A stretch of DNA of 64,000 nt from Candidatus Omnitrophota bacterium (GCA_903901225.1 CAIUQE010000010.1:17911-81910); one strand, 5' to 3'; numbered from the stretch's first letter, positions 1 through 11,330 are shown. Numbers and translations: made by a program. The notes: a model not told the origin generated them from the letters alone.

Positions 1-2
1 GC

Positions 3-707
3 ATCCCCGCCGTGATGCGCATGATCAAGGACAAGATCCATGACGAACCCACGGTTTCGGGCAAGAGTGTCTACGACATCCTGGCGGGTGTCCGTTATTA
101 TGACCCTGAAGTGATAAAAACGCCGGCCGCGCCTGAACATAAGGAAGGCGGGATTGCCATCCTGCACGGTAACCTCGCGCCCGAAGGCGCTGTGGTGAAG
201 CAGTCGGCGGTTGACCCGGATATGCTGAATTTCACGGGCCGCGCCCGGGTGTTCGATTCCGAAGAGGATGCCATGGCGGCCATCCTGGACCGTAAGATCG
301 AAAAAGGCGATGTCGTGGTCATCCGTTACGAAGGCCCTGCCGGCGGTCCGGGGATGCGCGAGATGCTTTCGCCCACCGCGGCCATTGTCGGGCTTGGCCT
401 GCACAAGCACGTGGCGCTGGTCACGGATGGCAGGTTTTCCGGCGGAACGCGCGGCCCCTGCATCGGGCATATTTCCCCTGAAGCGGCCGCGGGTGGACTT
501 ATCGCGTATGTGAAGGAAGGCGACCTGATCGAGATCAACATTCCCGGAAAATCCATCCAGGTCAAGCTGACGGAGGCCGAGATCCAGGAACGCAAAAAGA
601 CCCAAACCATCCGGCCGCCCAAGGAAAAGAGCGGGTATCTGGCGCGTTACGCGAAGTTCGTCACATCGGCGTCCACCGGCGCGGTCTTCACGACGGATTT
701 CAGTTGA
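3..707 (+). CDS. ilvD: Dihydroxy-acid dehydratase, 5'-truncated by window edge
   Basis: Motifs [56 protein letters not shown]; frame open to window start. Confidence 0.95.
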   Translation: MPAVMRMIKDKIHDEPTVSGKSVYDILAGVRYYDPEVIKTPAAPEHKEGGIAILHGNLAPEGAVVKQSAVDPDMLNFTGRARVFDSEEDAMAAILDRKIEKGDVVVIRYEGPAGGPGMREMLSPTAAIVGLGLHKHVALVTDGRFSGGTRGPCIGHISPEAAAGGLIAYVKEGDLIEINIPGKSIQVKLTEAEIQERKKTQTIRPPKEKSGYLARYAKFVTSASTGAVFTTDFS

Positions 708-731
708 CGCTTTGGGCACTTGGCGTATAAT
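704..731 (+). promoter_or_regulatory. Sigma70-type promoter for glycogen/polyP operon
   Basis: TTGACG (704-709), 16 nt spacer, TATAAT (726-731); -35 overlaps the ilvD stop codon. Confidence 0.65.
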
Positions 732-795
732 TCTATCTTCGAGATGTAAGTTCTTTTCATTCAAGCATTTATCGCACATGCACCAGCGGGGTCCT

Positions 796-3234
796 ATGAC
801 AAAGTCGAAAGATGTTTTTGGAGTAAAGGCAGATCTCGGGAAAGAAGATATCAAGTCCTCGTTCCAGGATATCCGCACGTATTACCTCGCCAAGAATGCC
901 CGTACGGCCACGTCCCTGGACAATTTCAACGCGTTGGCGCTGACGGTCCGTCACCGCATTGTTGAGCGCTGGATGAAGACGCAAACCGCCTACCATCAGG
1001 ATAACAGGCGCCGGGTTTATTATCTGTCCCTTGAATTTTTGATCGGCCGCCTGCTGGGCAATTACATGTTCAATCTCGGCAAGGAAAAAGATATCGAGGC
1101 CGCCATGCGCGAGCTGGATATCAACCTGGAAGACCTGCGCGGGCAGGAGCTCGACGCGGGCCTGGGCAATGGCGGGCTTGGCCGCCTGGCCGCGTGTTTC
1201 CTGGATTCCATGGCCACGCTGGGCATCCCGGCGTACGGGTACGGCATCCGTTATGATTACGGCATTTTCAACCAGAAGATCAAGGACGGCTGGCAGGTCG
1301 AGCTTCCCGATGAATGGCTGCGCAATGGCGATCCCTGGGAGATCCCGCGGCCTGAATACCAGGTGAAGGTCCTTTTTTACGGCAAGATCGATCATACCGC
1401 GCAGTTCGGCGCGCGCTGGGTCGGCGCGGAATCCGTTCTCGCCGTGCCTTACGATATCCCGATCCCGGGGTACAAGAACGACGTGGTCAATACCCTGCGC
1501 CTGTGGTCGGCCCGCGCGAACGACGAGTTCGATTTCGATTATTTCAACCACGGTGATTACGAGCACGCGGTCCAGAAAAAGATCTTCTCCGAGAGCATTT
1601 CCAAGGTCCTTTACCCTAATGACAATGTCAGCCAGGGCAAGGAACTGCGCCTGAAGCAGGAACATTTCTTTACGTCCGCCTCGATCGCGGACATTATCCG
1701 CCGGTACAAGGCGGATAACAAGGACATGCACAAGCTTTATGAGAAGGTCTGTATCCAGCTCAACGACACGCATCCGACGCTGGCCGTGCTCGAGCTGATG
1801 CGGGTTTTGATGGACCAGGAAGGTTTTACCTGGGAAGAGGCGTGGAATGTCGGCGGGCGTATTTTCGCCTACACCAACCACACGATCATGCCCGAAGCGC
1901 TGGAATGCTGGGCCATGGACCTCCTGGGGCGGGTCCTGCCGCGCCACCTGGAGATCGCGCTCGAGATCAACAGCCGTTTTCTCGCTGAAGTTGGCCTCAA
2001 GTTCCCGGGTGACAATGACCGCTTGCGGCGCATGTCCATCATCCAGGAAGGTGACCAGAAAAAAGTGCGCATGGCGCACATCGCCATTATCGGGAGTTTT
2101 TCGATCAATGGCGTATCCGCCCTGCACTCCGAGCTTTTGAAGTCACAGCTCTTCCGGGATTTTTATGAGATGTATCCCGAGCGCTTCAACAACAAGACCA
2201 ACGGCATCACCCCGCGCCGCTGGCTGCTGAAGGCCAATCCCAGGCTCTCGGAGCTCATCACGGAGAAGATCGGCGACAAATGGGTGACCGAGCTCGGTGA
2301 ATTGGAGAAGCTCCTCGCGCATAAGCAAGACCCTGAATTCCAGCGCCGCTGGCGCGCGGTGAAGCAGGCGAACAAGAACGCGCTGGCCGACCATATCCAG
2401 AAGACGATGGATATTGCCGTCAACCGCGAATCCCTTTTTGATGTCCAGGTCAAGCGCCTGCACGAGTACAAGCGCCAGTTCCTGTTCGGGCTTTACATCC
2501 TGTCGCAGTACCAGCAGGCCAGGAAAGACCCGAAGGCGTTCATCCAGCCGCGCACGTTCATCCTCGGCGGGAAAGCGGCGCCCGGATACCAGATGGCCAA
2601 GCTGATCATCAAGTTCCTCAACAGCATCGCGACGGTGCTCAACGATGACCGCGCCCTCCGCGACAAGCTGCGCCTGGTGTTCCTGGAGAATTACCGCGTG
2701 TCGCTGGCGGAAAAGATCATTCCTGCCGCCGACCTTTCGGAACAGATATCGACCGCGGGCATGGAGGCGTCGGGGACCGGGAACATGAAGTTCATGCTCA
2801 ACGGCGCTCTGACCATCGGCACGTACGACGGGGCGAATATCGAGATGGCCCAGAGCCTGGAGAACAAGGATATTTTCATTTTTGGTTTGAGGGCCCCCGA
2901 GGTCCTGGCGCTGCGGGCGAAAGGTTACGTGCCGCGCGCGATCATCCAGGCGAACCCCCGGTTGCGTTCGCTTTTCGAGTTGATGGAGAACGATCTTCTC
3001 TCGCCCGGCCAGCCCGGGATGTTCGACCCGCTGCTTCACACCATCTATGACGGCGATTTTTTCATGCTGTGCGCCGATTTCGAGGCATATTGCCGTGCCC
3101 AGGAAGACGTGTCAACGCTCTACCGGGACCAGGAGGCATGGACGCGTTCGTCGATCATCAATGTGGCCAAGGCCGGCCCGTTCTCGAGCGACCGCACCAT
3201 CCGGGAATATGCCAGGGATATCTGGAAGGTCTAA
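796..3234 (+). CDS. glgP: Glycogen/starch/alpha-glucan phosphorylase (GT35)
   Basis: GLGNGGLGRLAACFLDS, QVKRLHEYKRQ, PLP-lysine motif EASGTGNMKF; ATG at 796 lies downstream of the promoter. Confidence 0.96.
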   Translation: MTKSKDVFGVKADLGKEDIKSSFQDIRTYYLAKNARTATSLDNFNALALTVRHRIVERWMKTQTAYHQDNRRRVYYLSLEFLIGRLLGNYMFNLGKEKDIEAAMRELDINLEDLRGQELDAGLGNGGLGRLAACFLDSMATLGIPAYGYGIRYDYGIFNQKIKDGWQVELPDEWLRNGDPWEIPRPEYQVKVLFYGKIDHTAQFGARWVGAESVLAVPYDIPIPGYKNDVVNTLRLWSARANDEFDFDYFNHGDYEHAVQKKIFSESISKVLYPNDNVSQGKELRLKQEHFFTSASIADIIRRYKADNKDMHKLYEKVCIQLNDTHPTLAVLELMRVLMDQEGFTWEEAWNVGGRIFAYTNHTIMPEALECWAMDLLGRVLPRHLEIALEINSRFLAEVGLKFPGDNDRLRRMSIIQEGDQKKVRMAHIAIIGSFSINGVSALHSELLKSQLFRDFYEMYPERFNNKTNGITPRRWLLKANPRLSELITEKIGDKWVTELGELEKLLAHKQDPEFQRRWRAVKQANKNALADHIQKTMDIAVNRESLFDVQVKRLHEYKRQFLFGLYILSQYQQARKDPKAFIQPRTFILGGKAAPGYQMAKLIIKFLNSIATVLNDDRALRDKLRLVFLENYRVSLAEKIIPAADLSEQISTAGMEASGTGNMKFMLNGALTIGTYDGANIEMAQSLENKDIFIFGLRAPEVLALRAKGYVPRAIIQANPRLRSLFELMENDLLSPGQPGMFDPLLHTIYDGDFFMLCADFEAYCRAQEDVSTLYRDQEAWTRSSIINVAKAGPFSSDRTIREYARDIWKV

Positions 3235-3237
3235 CGC

Positions 3238-5280
3238 ATGAGCCATTCGGACAACGCACAGGGGGATAACATGGGAGCCACAGCCGTTCCGTCGCGAAAA
3301 AAAACAAAAGCCACGCCGCAAGCCAAGCCGGCATTGAAGAAGGAAGTTCCGGCGGAAGTCAGGGCGAATGCCGCGCAGCCTTCCGCGAAAGGCAGCGATA
3401 TCACGGCATTTGACGCGCATATCTGGAAAGAGGGCAACCACTTCAACCTTTACGACAAGTTGGGCGCGCAGATCATGGAGCAGGGCGGCCACAAAGGCGT
3501 CAGGTTCGCGGTCTGGGCGCCGAACGCGGATAAAGTATCGGTTATCGGCGATTTCAATGGGTGGAACAAGACGGCGACGCCGCTATTCATGCGTGAGGAC
3601 GGCACGGGCATCTGGGAAGGTTTTGTGCCGAATATCGGCCACGGACAGTCGTACAAGTACGCGATCCGTTCGCGCCAGGGCTGGGAACTGGAGAAGGCTG
3701 ACCCTGTCGGCTTCCATACCGAGGTGCCTCCGAAATCCGCTTCCATCGTCTGGGATATCAGCTACGCCTGGAATGACCAGGCCTGGATGGCGAAGCGCCA
3801 GAAGCTCAACGCGCATGACCGGCCGATCTCTGTTTATGAGGTGCACCTGGGGTCCTGGATGCGTTCTCCCGATGAAGGCCACCGGTCATTGACGTACGTG
3901 GAGCTGGCCGACAAGCTCGTCGGGTATGTCGCCAAAATGGGTTACACGCACGTCGAGCTGATGCCCGTGATGGCGCACCCGTTCCAGGGGTCGTGGGGTT
4001 ACCAGACCCTCGGTTATTTCGCGCCCGCGTCGTTCTTCGGGTCGCCGCAGGATCTGATGTATCTTATCGACAAGTTCCACCATAATGACATCGCCGTGAT
4101 CCTTGACTGGGTGCCGTCGCACTTTCCCAATGACGGCCACGGCCTTTACAAATTTGACGGGACGCATCTCTACGAGCATGAGGACCAGCGCAAGGGGTTC
4201 CATCCCGACTGGAAAAGCTCGATCTTCAATTACGGGCGCGTCGAGGTGAAGAGCTTCCTCACGTCGAGCGCCGTTTTCTGGTGCGACAAATACCACGCCG
4301 ACGGCCTGCGCGTTGACGGCGTGGCGTCCATGCTGTACCTGGATTATTCCCGCCAGGAAGGCGAGTGGATCCCCAACTGCTACGGCGGGCGCGAGAACCT
4401 GGAGGCCATCCATTTCCTCCAGCGGCTCAACGAGGTCGTGTACGGCGCTCATCCGGGGATCCAGATGATCGCCGAGGAATCGACGGCGTGGACCAAGGTG
4501 TCCAAGCCCGTCTGGGACGGGGGGCTGGGGTTCGGGTTCAAGTGGAACATGGGCTGGATGCACGACACCCTGATGTATTTCTCGAAGGACCCGGTCCATC
4601 GCAAGTTCCACCATAACCAGCTGACCTTCGGCCTGCTTTACGCCTTCACCGAGAATTTCATGATGTCGTTGTCGCATGACGAGGTGGTGCACGGCAAGGG
4701 CGCCTTGCTGCGCAAGATGCCGGGGGATGAGTGGCAGAAATTCGCCAACTTGAGGCTGCTGTTCGGTTACATGTTCGGCCAGCCCGGCAAGAAGCTGCAT
4801 TTCATGGGCGGTGAATTCGGGCAGTGGGACGAGTGGTGCTATGAGAAAAGCCTGGACTGGCATCTGCTGGAATGGGATCCGCACAAGGGCGCGCAGCGCT
4901 GGATGCAGGATCTGAACGCGATGTACCGGCGCGAGCCCGCGCTTTACGAGGATGATTTTTCCGGCAACGGTTTTGAATGGATCGATTGCGGCGACTGGGA
5001 GAACAGCGTGCTGCTTTTCCTGCGCAAGACCGCGGACCGTTCGCAGGATGTGCTCGTCGTGTGCAATTTCACGCCTGTCGTGCGGGAATACCGCGTGGGC
5101 GTGCCCCATGGCGGGATGTGGCGGGAATTGCTCAATTCCGACGGCAAGGAATATTGGGGGGGCGGCATCGGCAACGGCGGCCGCGTCCATACGGACCCTG
5201 TCGGGGCACATGGCCGGGGCCAGTCGCTGTGGCTCAAGCTGCCGCCGCTGGGCGTTATTTTCCTGAAACGTGAGGCATGA
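3238..5280 (+). CDS. glgB: 1,4-alpha-glucan branching enzyme (GH13)
   Basis: FAVWAPNA, YEVHLGSW, DWVPSHF, DGLRVDGVASM, IAEEST, LSHDEVVHGK; alternative start at 3271. Confidence 0.96.
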   Translation: MSHSDNAQGDNMGATAVPSRKKTKATPQAKPALKKEVPAEVRANAAQPSAKGSDITAFDAHIWKEGNHFNLYDKLGAQIMEQGGHKGVRFAVWAPNADKVSVIGDFNGWNKTATPLFMREDGTGIWEGFVPNIGHGQSYKYAIRSRQGWELEKADPVGFHTEVPPKSASIVWDISYAWNDQAWMAKRQKLNAHDRPISVYEVHLGSWMRSPDEGHRSLTYVELADKLVGYVAKMGYTHVELMPVMAHPFQGSWGYQTLGYFAPASFFGSPQDLMYLIDKFHHNDIAVILDWVPSHFPNDGHGLYKFDGTHLYEHEDQRKGFHPDWKSSIFNYGRVEVKSFLTSSAVFWCDKYHADGLRVDGVASMLYLDYSRQEGEWIPNCYGGRENLEAIHFLQRLNEVVYGAHPGIQMIAEESTAWTKVSKPVWDGGLGFGFKWNMGWMHDTLMYFSKDPVHRKFHHNQLTFGLLYAFTENFMMSLSHDEVVHGKGALLRKMPGDEWQKFANLRLLFGYMFGQPGKKLHFMGGEFGQWDEWCYEKSLDWHLLEWDPHKGAQRWMQDLNAMYRREPALYEDDFSGNGFEWIDCGDWENSVLLFLRKTADRSQDVLVVCNFTPVVREYRVGVPHGGMWRELLNSDGKEYWGGGIGNGGRVHTDPVGAHGRGQSLWLKLPPLGVIFLKREA

Positions 5281-5325
5281 GGAACGGCCCGGGGCGCGAC
5301 GCCGGCCGGGCCGTAAGGGATATTC

Positions 5326-7752
5326 ATGAATAGATACATTTGCATCCACGGGCATTTTTACCAGCCGCCGCGCGAGAACCCGTGGCTGGAGGCGGTGGAA
5401 CAGCAGGAATCCGCCCAGCCGTACCACGACTGGAACCAGCGCATCACGGCGGAATGCTACGCCCGCAACGGCGCGTCCCGCGTCCTTGACAGCGACGGGC
5501 GCATCCGCGAGATCGTCAACAATTATTCCAAGATCAGTTTTAATATCGGGCCCACGCTCCTCTCCTGGATGGAGGCGAAGGACCCGGACGCCTACCGGGC
5601 GATCCTTGAGGCGGACCGGCTGAGCCTGGAACGTTTTTCAGGGCACGGCGCGGCCATGGCCCAGGTCTATAACCACATCATCATGCCGCTGGCTTCGACG
5701 CGCGACAAGCGCACCCAGGTCATCTGGGGGATCCGCGACTTTGAACGGCGTTACCGCCGCAGGCCCGAGGGCATGTGGCTCGCCGAGACGGCCGTCGACG
5801 TGGAAAGCCTGGACATCATGGCCGAGCAGGGCATCCTTTTCACCGTGCTGGCGCCCCACCAGGCCCGGCGCGCGAAGAAGCTGACCGAAAAACGCGCCTG
5901 GGACCCGGCGGACGAGGAGAACATCGACCTGCGCCGCCCCTACCTGTGCAAGCTGCCGTCGGGGCGGACCATCGCGGTCTTCTTTTATGACGGGCCGGTC
6001 TCCCGCGCGGTGGCGTTCGAGGGGCTCCTGCATAACGGCGAATCGCTGGCCAACCGCCTTCTGGGGGCGTTCGACCGCCACGGCTCAGGCAACCAGCTGG
6101 TCCATATTGCCACCGATGGGGAATCTTACGGGCATCATCACAAGTTTGGCGACATGGCCCTTGCCTACGCGCTGTATTACCTGGAACAGAACAACCGCGC
6201 GAAGTTGACGGTCTACGGCGAGTACCTGGAAAAGAACCTGCCGCAGTACGAGGTTGAGGTCGTCGAGAACAGTTCCTGGAGCTGCATGCACGGGATCGAG
6301 CGCTGGCGCGACAACTGCGGCTGCAATTCCGGCGGGAAGCCCGGGTGGAACCAGGAATGGCGCGCGCCGCTGCGCAAGGCGCTGGATTTCCTGCGTGACC
6401 GCACGGCCGAGGTCTACGCGCGCGAAATGCAGAGCTTCGTGAAGGACCCCTGGGCCGTGCGCGACGCCTACATCCAGGTGATCCTCGACCGCAGCCGGAC
6501 TAACGTCGAGCGGTTCCTGACGCAGCAGATCGGCAAGGACCTGCCCATGGCGGATAAGAACAGGATATTGCGCTGCCTTGAGATGCAGCGCAACGCGCAG
6601 CTCATGTACACCAGTTGCGGGTGGTTCTTTGACGACATTTCCGGCATCGAGACCATCCAGATCATCAAGTACGCCGCGCGCCTGATCCAGCTTGTGCGGC
6701 GGGTGGCCGATGAGGACCTTGAGCTCGCGTTCCTGGAAATGATCGGCAAGGCTAAAAGCAACGCGCCCGAAGCCAATAACGGGGCGCGGATCTATAAAAT
6801 TTACGTCGAGCCGTCGATCGTCGATATCCTGCGCGTGGGCGCGCATTACGCCATGACCTCGCTGTACGAGGACCTCGGGCCCGAGGCCGGGATGTACTGT
6901 TTCACGGTGCGCCGCAAGGCGTATGAGAAACAGGTCATCGGCAAGATGACGCTCATCGTGGGCCGGGCCGAGATCATGTCCGAGATCACCTGGACGTCGT
7001 TCGACGTTTACTTCGCCGTGCTGCACCTCGGCGACCATAATTTTGTCTGCGGCGTTGATTATTTCAAGGACGCGGCCGTTTTTGAACGGTTGCGCAAGGA
7101 GATCGGCGGGATATTCAACGAGGGGGATGTGCCGCGCTCCATCCAGGCCATCAGCCGGTATTTCGGCGCCAAAAATTATTCCCTGTGGCATCTTTTTCAT
7201 CATGAACAGCAGATGGTCCTGGAGCGTATTTTCCAGAACACCATGAACGAGGTCGAGTCCTCGTTCCGCCATATTTATGAGGACCATTTCGCGCTGATCC
7301 GCATGTTGCACGAGAATCGCATCCCCCTGCCGAAAACGCTGGGGAGCGTGGCGGAATTCGTGTTCAACTGCGACCTTGGCCGCCTCCTGGGCGAGCCGGA
7401 GATATCCGTCGAGAAGCTGCAGCGGCTCGCGCGCGAGATCCGCACCTGGCCGTTCAAGCGCGACAGGGCGGGGCTTGATTTTGTCGTCGCCGCGCGGGTC
7501 AGCGCGATGATGGCGCGCATCGCGGCGCGGCCTGAAGATGTTGCCGCGATCGAGCACGCCACCCAGATCATCCGCCTCTTCCTGGAGTTGCGCCTTGAGG
7601 TCGACCTCTGGAAAGCCCAGAATATCTTTTACGCCGTGGCGCAGAACCTTTACCGTGACCGGCGCGACGAGGTGGAATATGACGCGTTCGCGAAGCGCTG
7701 GGTGACCGCGTTCGAGGCGCTGGCGGAACTCCTGAAAGTGAGGGTGGGTTGA
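5326..7752 (+). CDS. GH57 glycoside hydrolase with DUF3536-type domain
   Basis: HGHFYQPPRENPW, GMWLAETAVD, ATDGESYGHH, SSWSCMHGIERW, MYTSCGWFFDDISGIE. Confidence 0.9.
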   Translation: MNRYICIHGHFYQPPRENPWLEAVEQQESAQPYHDWNQRITAECYARNGASRVLDSDGRIREIVNNYSKISFNIGPTLLSWMEAKDPDAYRAILEADRLSLERFSGHGAAMAQVYNHIIMPLASTRDKRTQVIWGIRDFERRYRRRPEGMWLAETAVDVESLDIMAEQGILFTVLAPHQARRAKKLTEKRAWDPADEENIDLRRPYLCKLPSGRTIAVFFYDGPVSRAVAFEGLLHNGESLANRLLGAFDRHGSGNQLVHIATDGESYGHHHKFGDMALAYALYYLEQNNRAKLTVYGEYLEKNLPQYEVEVVENSSWSCMHGIERWRDNCGCNSGGKPGWNQEWRAPLRKALDFLRDRTAEVYAREMQSFVKDPWAVRDAYIQVILDRSRTNVERFLTQQIGKDLPMADKNRILRCLEMQRNAQLMYTSCGWFFDDISGIETIQIIKYAARLIQLVRRVADEDLELAFLEMIGKAKSNAPEANNGARIYKIYVEPSIVDILRVGAHYAMTSLYEDLGPEAGMYCFTVRRKAYEKQVIGKMTLIVGRAEIMSEITWTSFDVYFAVLHLGDHNFVCGVDYFKDAAVFERLRKEIGGIFNEGDVPRSIQAISRYFGAKNYSLWHLFHHEQQMVLERIFQNTMNEVESSFRHIYEDHFALIRMLHENRIPLPKTLGSVAEFVFNCDLGRLLGEPEISVEKLQRLAREIRTWPFKRDRAGLDFVVAARVSAMMARIAARPEDVAAIEHATQIIRLFLELRLEVDLWKAQNIFYAVAQNLYRDRRDEVEYDAFAKRWVTAFEALAELLKVRVG

Positions 7753-9284
7753 TGGCGGCGGGCGTCATTGATATCGGGTCCAATTCCATCAAGCTCCTCA
7801 TCGGCGAACCGGCCGACGGGGGGATCATGATCCTGGAGTCTTTGAAGAACGTCGTGCCGATCGGCCGTTCGACGTTCCTCAAAGGGCAGATCTCGCAGGA
7901 GCCGATCAACCTCACGATCAGCACGCTGGAAAAGTACAAGAAGGTCCTCAAGGAATACAGCGTCACCCAGGTCTTCGTGATCGCCACCACCGCGGTGCGC
8001 GAGGCGGCCAACCGCAATATCTTCATCGATACCGTGCGGCGCAAGACGGGCCTGGAGATCGACGTCCTCAATGTCGGCGACATTGTTTATTACATTGACG
8101 CCTATATTTCCCACAAGCTAAAGGATTCCTACCCGGTGCACAACAAGAACCTCCTGATCGGCGAGATGGGGGCGGGTAGCCTGGACATTTCACTCCTGAA
8201 GAAGGGCTTTACGCTGACCAACATGGGGCTGGCGCTGGGGGCGCTGCGTTTCAAGCAGATCCTCAGCCGCGTGGACGGCAGCCGGGAGGAGCTCGCGGAA
8301 GCGATCCAGGAATACATTGCCAACGAATTCGCCTATTTCCGCAGCCGCCTGCCGCGCGTGCACGTGGACGATATTTTCCTTATCGATGAGAACCAGGAAT
8401 TCCTCAAGGCCATCCTGCCCAACAAGCAGGTGTCGACGAATTTTTTCCAGTTCACGGTGACCGACGTTGAACGCATCATCGGCGAGCTCTCGTCGAAGGG
8501 GCCTGAGGAGATCGCCCGCGCCTATGACCTGCCGCTGGAGAACGCCGACACGCTGTTGCCGTACATGATCATCCTGAAGATGTTCTTTTCCCTGACGCAG
8601 AACCCGCACGTCTATATCCTGGAAACATCGCTCGCGGAGGCGGTGCTGGCCAACAAGGTGATGGGCCTCGAGCTTTCCAAGCGCTACAACAAGTCCAACC
8701 AGCTTCTGGCGGTCGCGCAATCGATCTGCGAGCAGTACAATGTCAACATTGACCATGCCAAGCACGTGGCGCATCTCGCGGGGGTCCTGTTCGCCGGGCT
8801 GGCCGCCCACCTGGGCCTTGAAGAGAACGAGCTGTTGTACCTGTCGCTGGCCGCGTATCTGCACGATATCGGCAAGTTCATCTCCAACCGCTCGCACCAC
8901 AAGCATTCGGAGTACATCATCAATTCCCTGAACCTTTTTCGCCTGACCGACGAGGAGATCAAGATGATCGCCTGCGTGGCGCGCTACCACCGCCGCGGCG
9001 ACCCGTCCAAATCGCACCTTGTCTACAACAGCCTCGCGGAGGACAAGCAGATCGTGGTGCAGAAACTGGCCTCATTGCTGCGCATGGCCAATGCCCTCGA
9101 CCACGCCTACCTGCAGAAGGCGAAAGCCCTCAAGGTCGTGAACCCGGAAAAGGCCGAGATCACCATCGAAGTGTCCACCCGGGAGAATTTTTTGCTGGAG
9201 AAAGCGGAGTTCAACGAGAAAAAAGAGCTGTTCGAGCGCATCACCGGCAACCGCGTTAAACTGAGCATCAACGAGAATTTCTGA
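7752..9284 (+). CDS. ppx: Ppx/GppA exopolyphosphatase with C-terminal HD domain
   Basis: IDIGSNSIKL, ATTAVREAAN, GAGSLDIS, LHDIG, HHKHSEY, ARYHRR; TGATG overlap with upstream gene. Confidence 0.9.
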   Translation: MAAGVIDIGSNSIKLLIGEPADGGIMILESLKNVVPIGRSTFLKGQISQEPINLTISTLEKYKKVLKEYSVTQVFVIATTAVREAANRNIFIDTVRRKTGLEIDVLNVGDIVYYIDAYISHKLKDSYPVHNKNLLIGEMGAGSLDISLLKKGFTLTNMGLALGALRFKQILSRVDGSREELAEAIQEYIANEFAYFRSRLPRVHVDDIFLIDENQEFLKAILPNKQVSTNFFQFTVTDVERIIGELSSKGPEEIARAYDLPLENADTLLPYMIILKMFFSLTQNPHVYILETSLAEAVLANKVMGLELSKRYNKSNQLLAVAQSICEQYNVNIDHAKHVAHLAGVLFAGLAAHLGLEENELLYLSLAAYLHDIGKFISNRSHHKHSEYIINSLNLFRLTDEEIKMIACVARYHRRGDPSKSHLVYNSLAEDKQIVVQKLASLLRMANALDHAYLQKAKALKVVNPEKAEITIEVSTRENFLLEKAEFNEKKELFERITGNRVKLSINENF

Positions 9285-9286
9285 CC

Positions 9287-11314
9287 ATGACCGCAGCCCC
9301 TCTGGAAGACCAGGACAAGTTCATCCATCGCGATCTTAGCTGGCTATTGTTCAACGAGCGCGTCCTTGACGAGTCGCTGGACGCCGACAATCCCTTGCTG
9401 GAACGGGCCCGGTTCGTCGCCATCTTCATGAACAATCTCGATGAGTTCCTGATGGTGCGTTACGCGGCGCTCAAGAGCCTCATCGCGGCGCAGTATAACC
9501 GCAAGGATGTTTACGGGTATTATCCCCAGGACCTCTACCGCGAGGTCCGCACGCGGGTGGAGGAGTTGACGCAAAAGGCCTGCCGCATTTATGACGAGAA
9601 GCTTAAAGTCCAGCTGGCCGCGGAGAAAATACTGCTGCGCCGGGCCGCCGACCTGAACCCGGACCAGCAGAAATTCGTGAAGCGTTATTTTGACGCGACG
9701 CTCTACCCGGTCATTACGCCCATGGCCATTGATCAGGGGCACCCGTTCCCGGTCCTGGCGTCCAAGACCATTTCTTTTGCCGTCCACCTGGAGCGTAAAG
9801 GCGAGATGTACCTCGCGGTCATCCCCGTGCCGGCGAACCTGCCGCGGCTCGTGAAGCTGCCTTCGGCCAAGGACGGGTACGAGTTCATCCTCATTGACGA
9901 GATCCTGCGCGACAACCTGAAGAATTTTTTCCGCGGGCACGAGATCAAGAGTGCCGCGCTGTTCCGCATCATCCGCGACAGCGAACTTTCCGTTGATGAG
10001 GAATTTTCGCCGAATTTGCTCAAGTCCATCGAGGAGGGGGTCCGCAAGCGCCCCCGCGCCAAGGTCGTCACGCTGACCGTCGAAAAAGGCTGCACCGAAG
10101 GTCTGCTTGACGCCTTGACGGAAGCCCTGGCTTTCCCGAAGGAAGAGGTGACCTTCGTCCAGGGAGAAATGGACCTGACGTACCTTTTCCAGCTGGCCGG
10201 CCAGGTGCCCGAGGCGAAGTTGTTCTACCCCGTGCACGTGCCCGCCAAGCCTGTTTATGAGAACATTTTCGACCGCATTCGGGAAAGTGACATGCTCGTG
10301 CACGTCCCTTACCAGTCATTCCAGCCAACGGTAGACCTGATCAAGACAGCAGCGTCGGACCCTGCCGTGCTGGCGATCAAGATGACGCTCTACCGCGCCA
10401 GCGACGATTCCGAGATCGTGTCGGCCCTCAAGCTGGCGGCCAAGAACCGCAAGCAGGTGACCGTCCTGGTGGAGATCAAGGCGCGTTTCGACGAGGAGCG
10501 CAATATCGGCTGGGCCCGCCAGCTCGAGGAGGCCGGCTGCCACGTGATCTACGGCATCGCGGGGATGAAGATCCATTCCAAGATCACGCTCATCGTCCGC
10601 CGCGAAGAGGACCGCACGCGCCGCTACGTCCATCTGTCAACGGGGAATTACAACGAGAACACCGCGAAGGTCTACACGGACGTCGGCTATTTCACCTGCA
10701 ACGATGATTTTGCGCGCGACATATCGGACGTTTTCAACGTCATCACCGGGTATTCGCAGCCCGCGCGCTGGAAACGCGTGATCTCATCGCCCTATGACCT
10801 GCGGGAGTATTTCTTTGAGCTCATCGACAAGGAGATCGCGTTCCAGAAAGAGCACAAGAACGGTTTTATTTTCGCGAAAATGAACTCTCTCGAAGACGTC
10901 AAGATCATCGAGAAGCTCTATGAGGCCTCACGCGCCGGGGTGAAGGTGAGACTCATCGTGCGGGGCATCTGCGTCCTTTTGCCCGGCGTGCCCGGCCTCA
11001 GCGAAACGATCAAGGTCAAGAGCATCGTCGGAAGGTTCCTGGAGCATTCGCGGATATTCCTTTTCAACAACAATACGGACAACCGCGTGTTCCTCTCTTC
11101 GGCGGACTGGATGAGCCGGAATTTCGACCGCCGCATCGAGCTTATGTTCGAGATCTACACGGAAGATTTCAAGGAACGGCTGCGCAACATCCTTGAAGCC
11201 TGCTGGAAGGACAACCAGAAGGCGCGCGTGCTTCAGCCGCAGAAAACTTATTCGTTCGCCAGGGCGTCGAAGGAAAAATTCAGCGTCCAGGACGAGTTCC
11301 TGAAAACACCTTAA
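9287..11314 (+). CDS. ppk1: Polyphosphate kinase 1
   Basis: RDLSWLLFNERVL, IKMTLYR, EIKARFDEERNI, KIHSK, TGNYN, GRFLEHSR, SSADWMSRNFDRRIE. Confidence 0.97.
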   Translation: MTAAPLEDQDKFIHRDLSWLLFNERVLDESLDADNPLLERARFVAIFMNNLDEFLMVRYAALKSLIAAQYNRKDVYGYYPQDLYREVRTRVEELTQKACRIYDEKLKVQLAAEKILLRRAADLNPDQQKFVKRYFDATLYPVITPMAIDQGHPFPVLASKTISFAVHLERKGEMYLAVIPVPANLPRLVKLPSAKDGYEFILIDEILRDNLKNFFRGHEIKSAALFRIIRDSELSVDEEFSPNLLKSIEEGVRKRPRAKVVTLTVEKGCTEGLLDALTEALAFPKEEVTFVQGEMDLTYLFQLAGQVPEAKLFYPVHVPAKPVYENIFDRIRESDMLVHVPYQSFQPTVDLIKTAASDPAVLAIKMTLYRASDDSEIVSALKLAAKNRKQVTVLVEIKARFDEERNIGWARQLEEAGCHVIYGIAGMKIHSKITLIVRREEDRTRRYVHLSTGNYNENTAKVYTDVGYFTCNDDFARDISDVFNVITGYSQPARWKRVISSPYDLREYFFELIDKEIAFQKEHKNGFIFAKMNSLEDVKIIEKLYEASRAGVKVRLIVRGICVLLPGVPGLSETIKVKSIVGRFLEHSRIFLFNNNTDNRVFLSSADWMSRNFDRRIELMFEIYTEDFKERLRNILEACWKDNQKARVLQPQKTYSFARASKEKFSVQDEFLKTP

Positions 11315-11330
11315 CCCGGGTCATTGCGCC

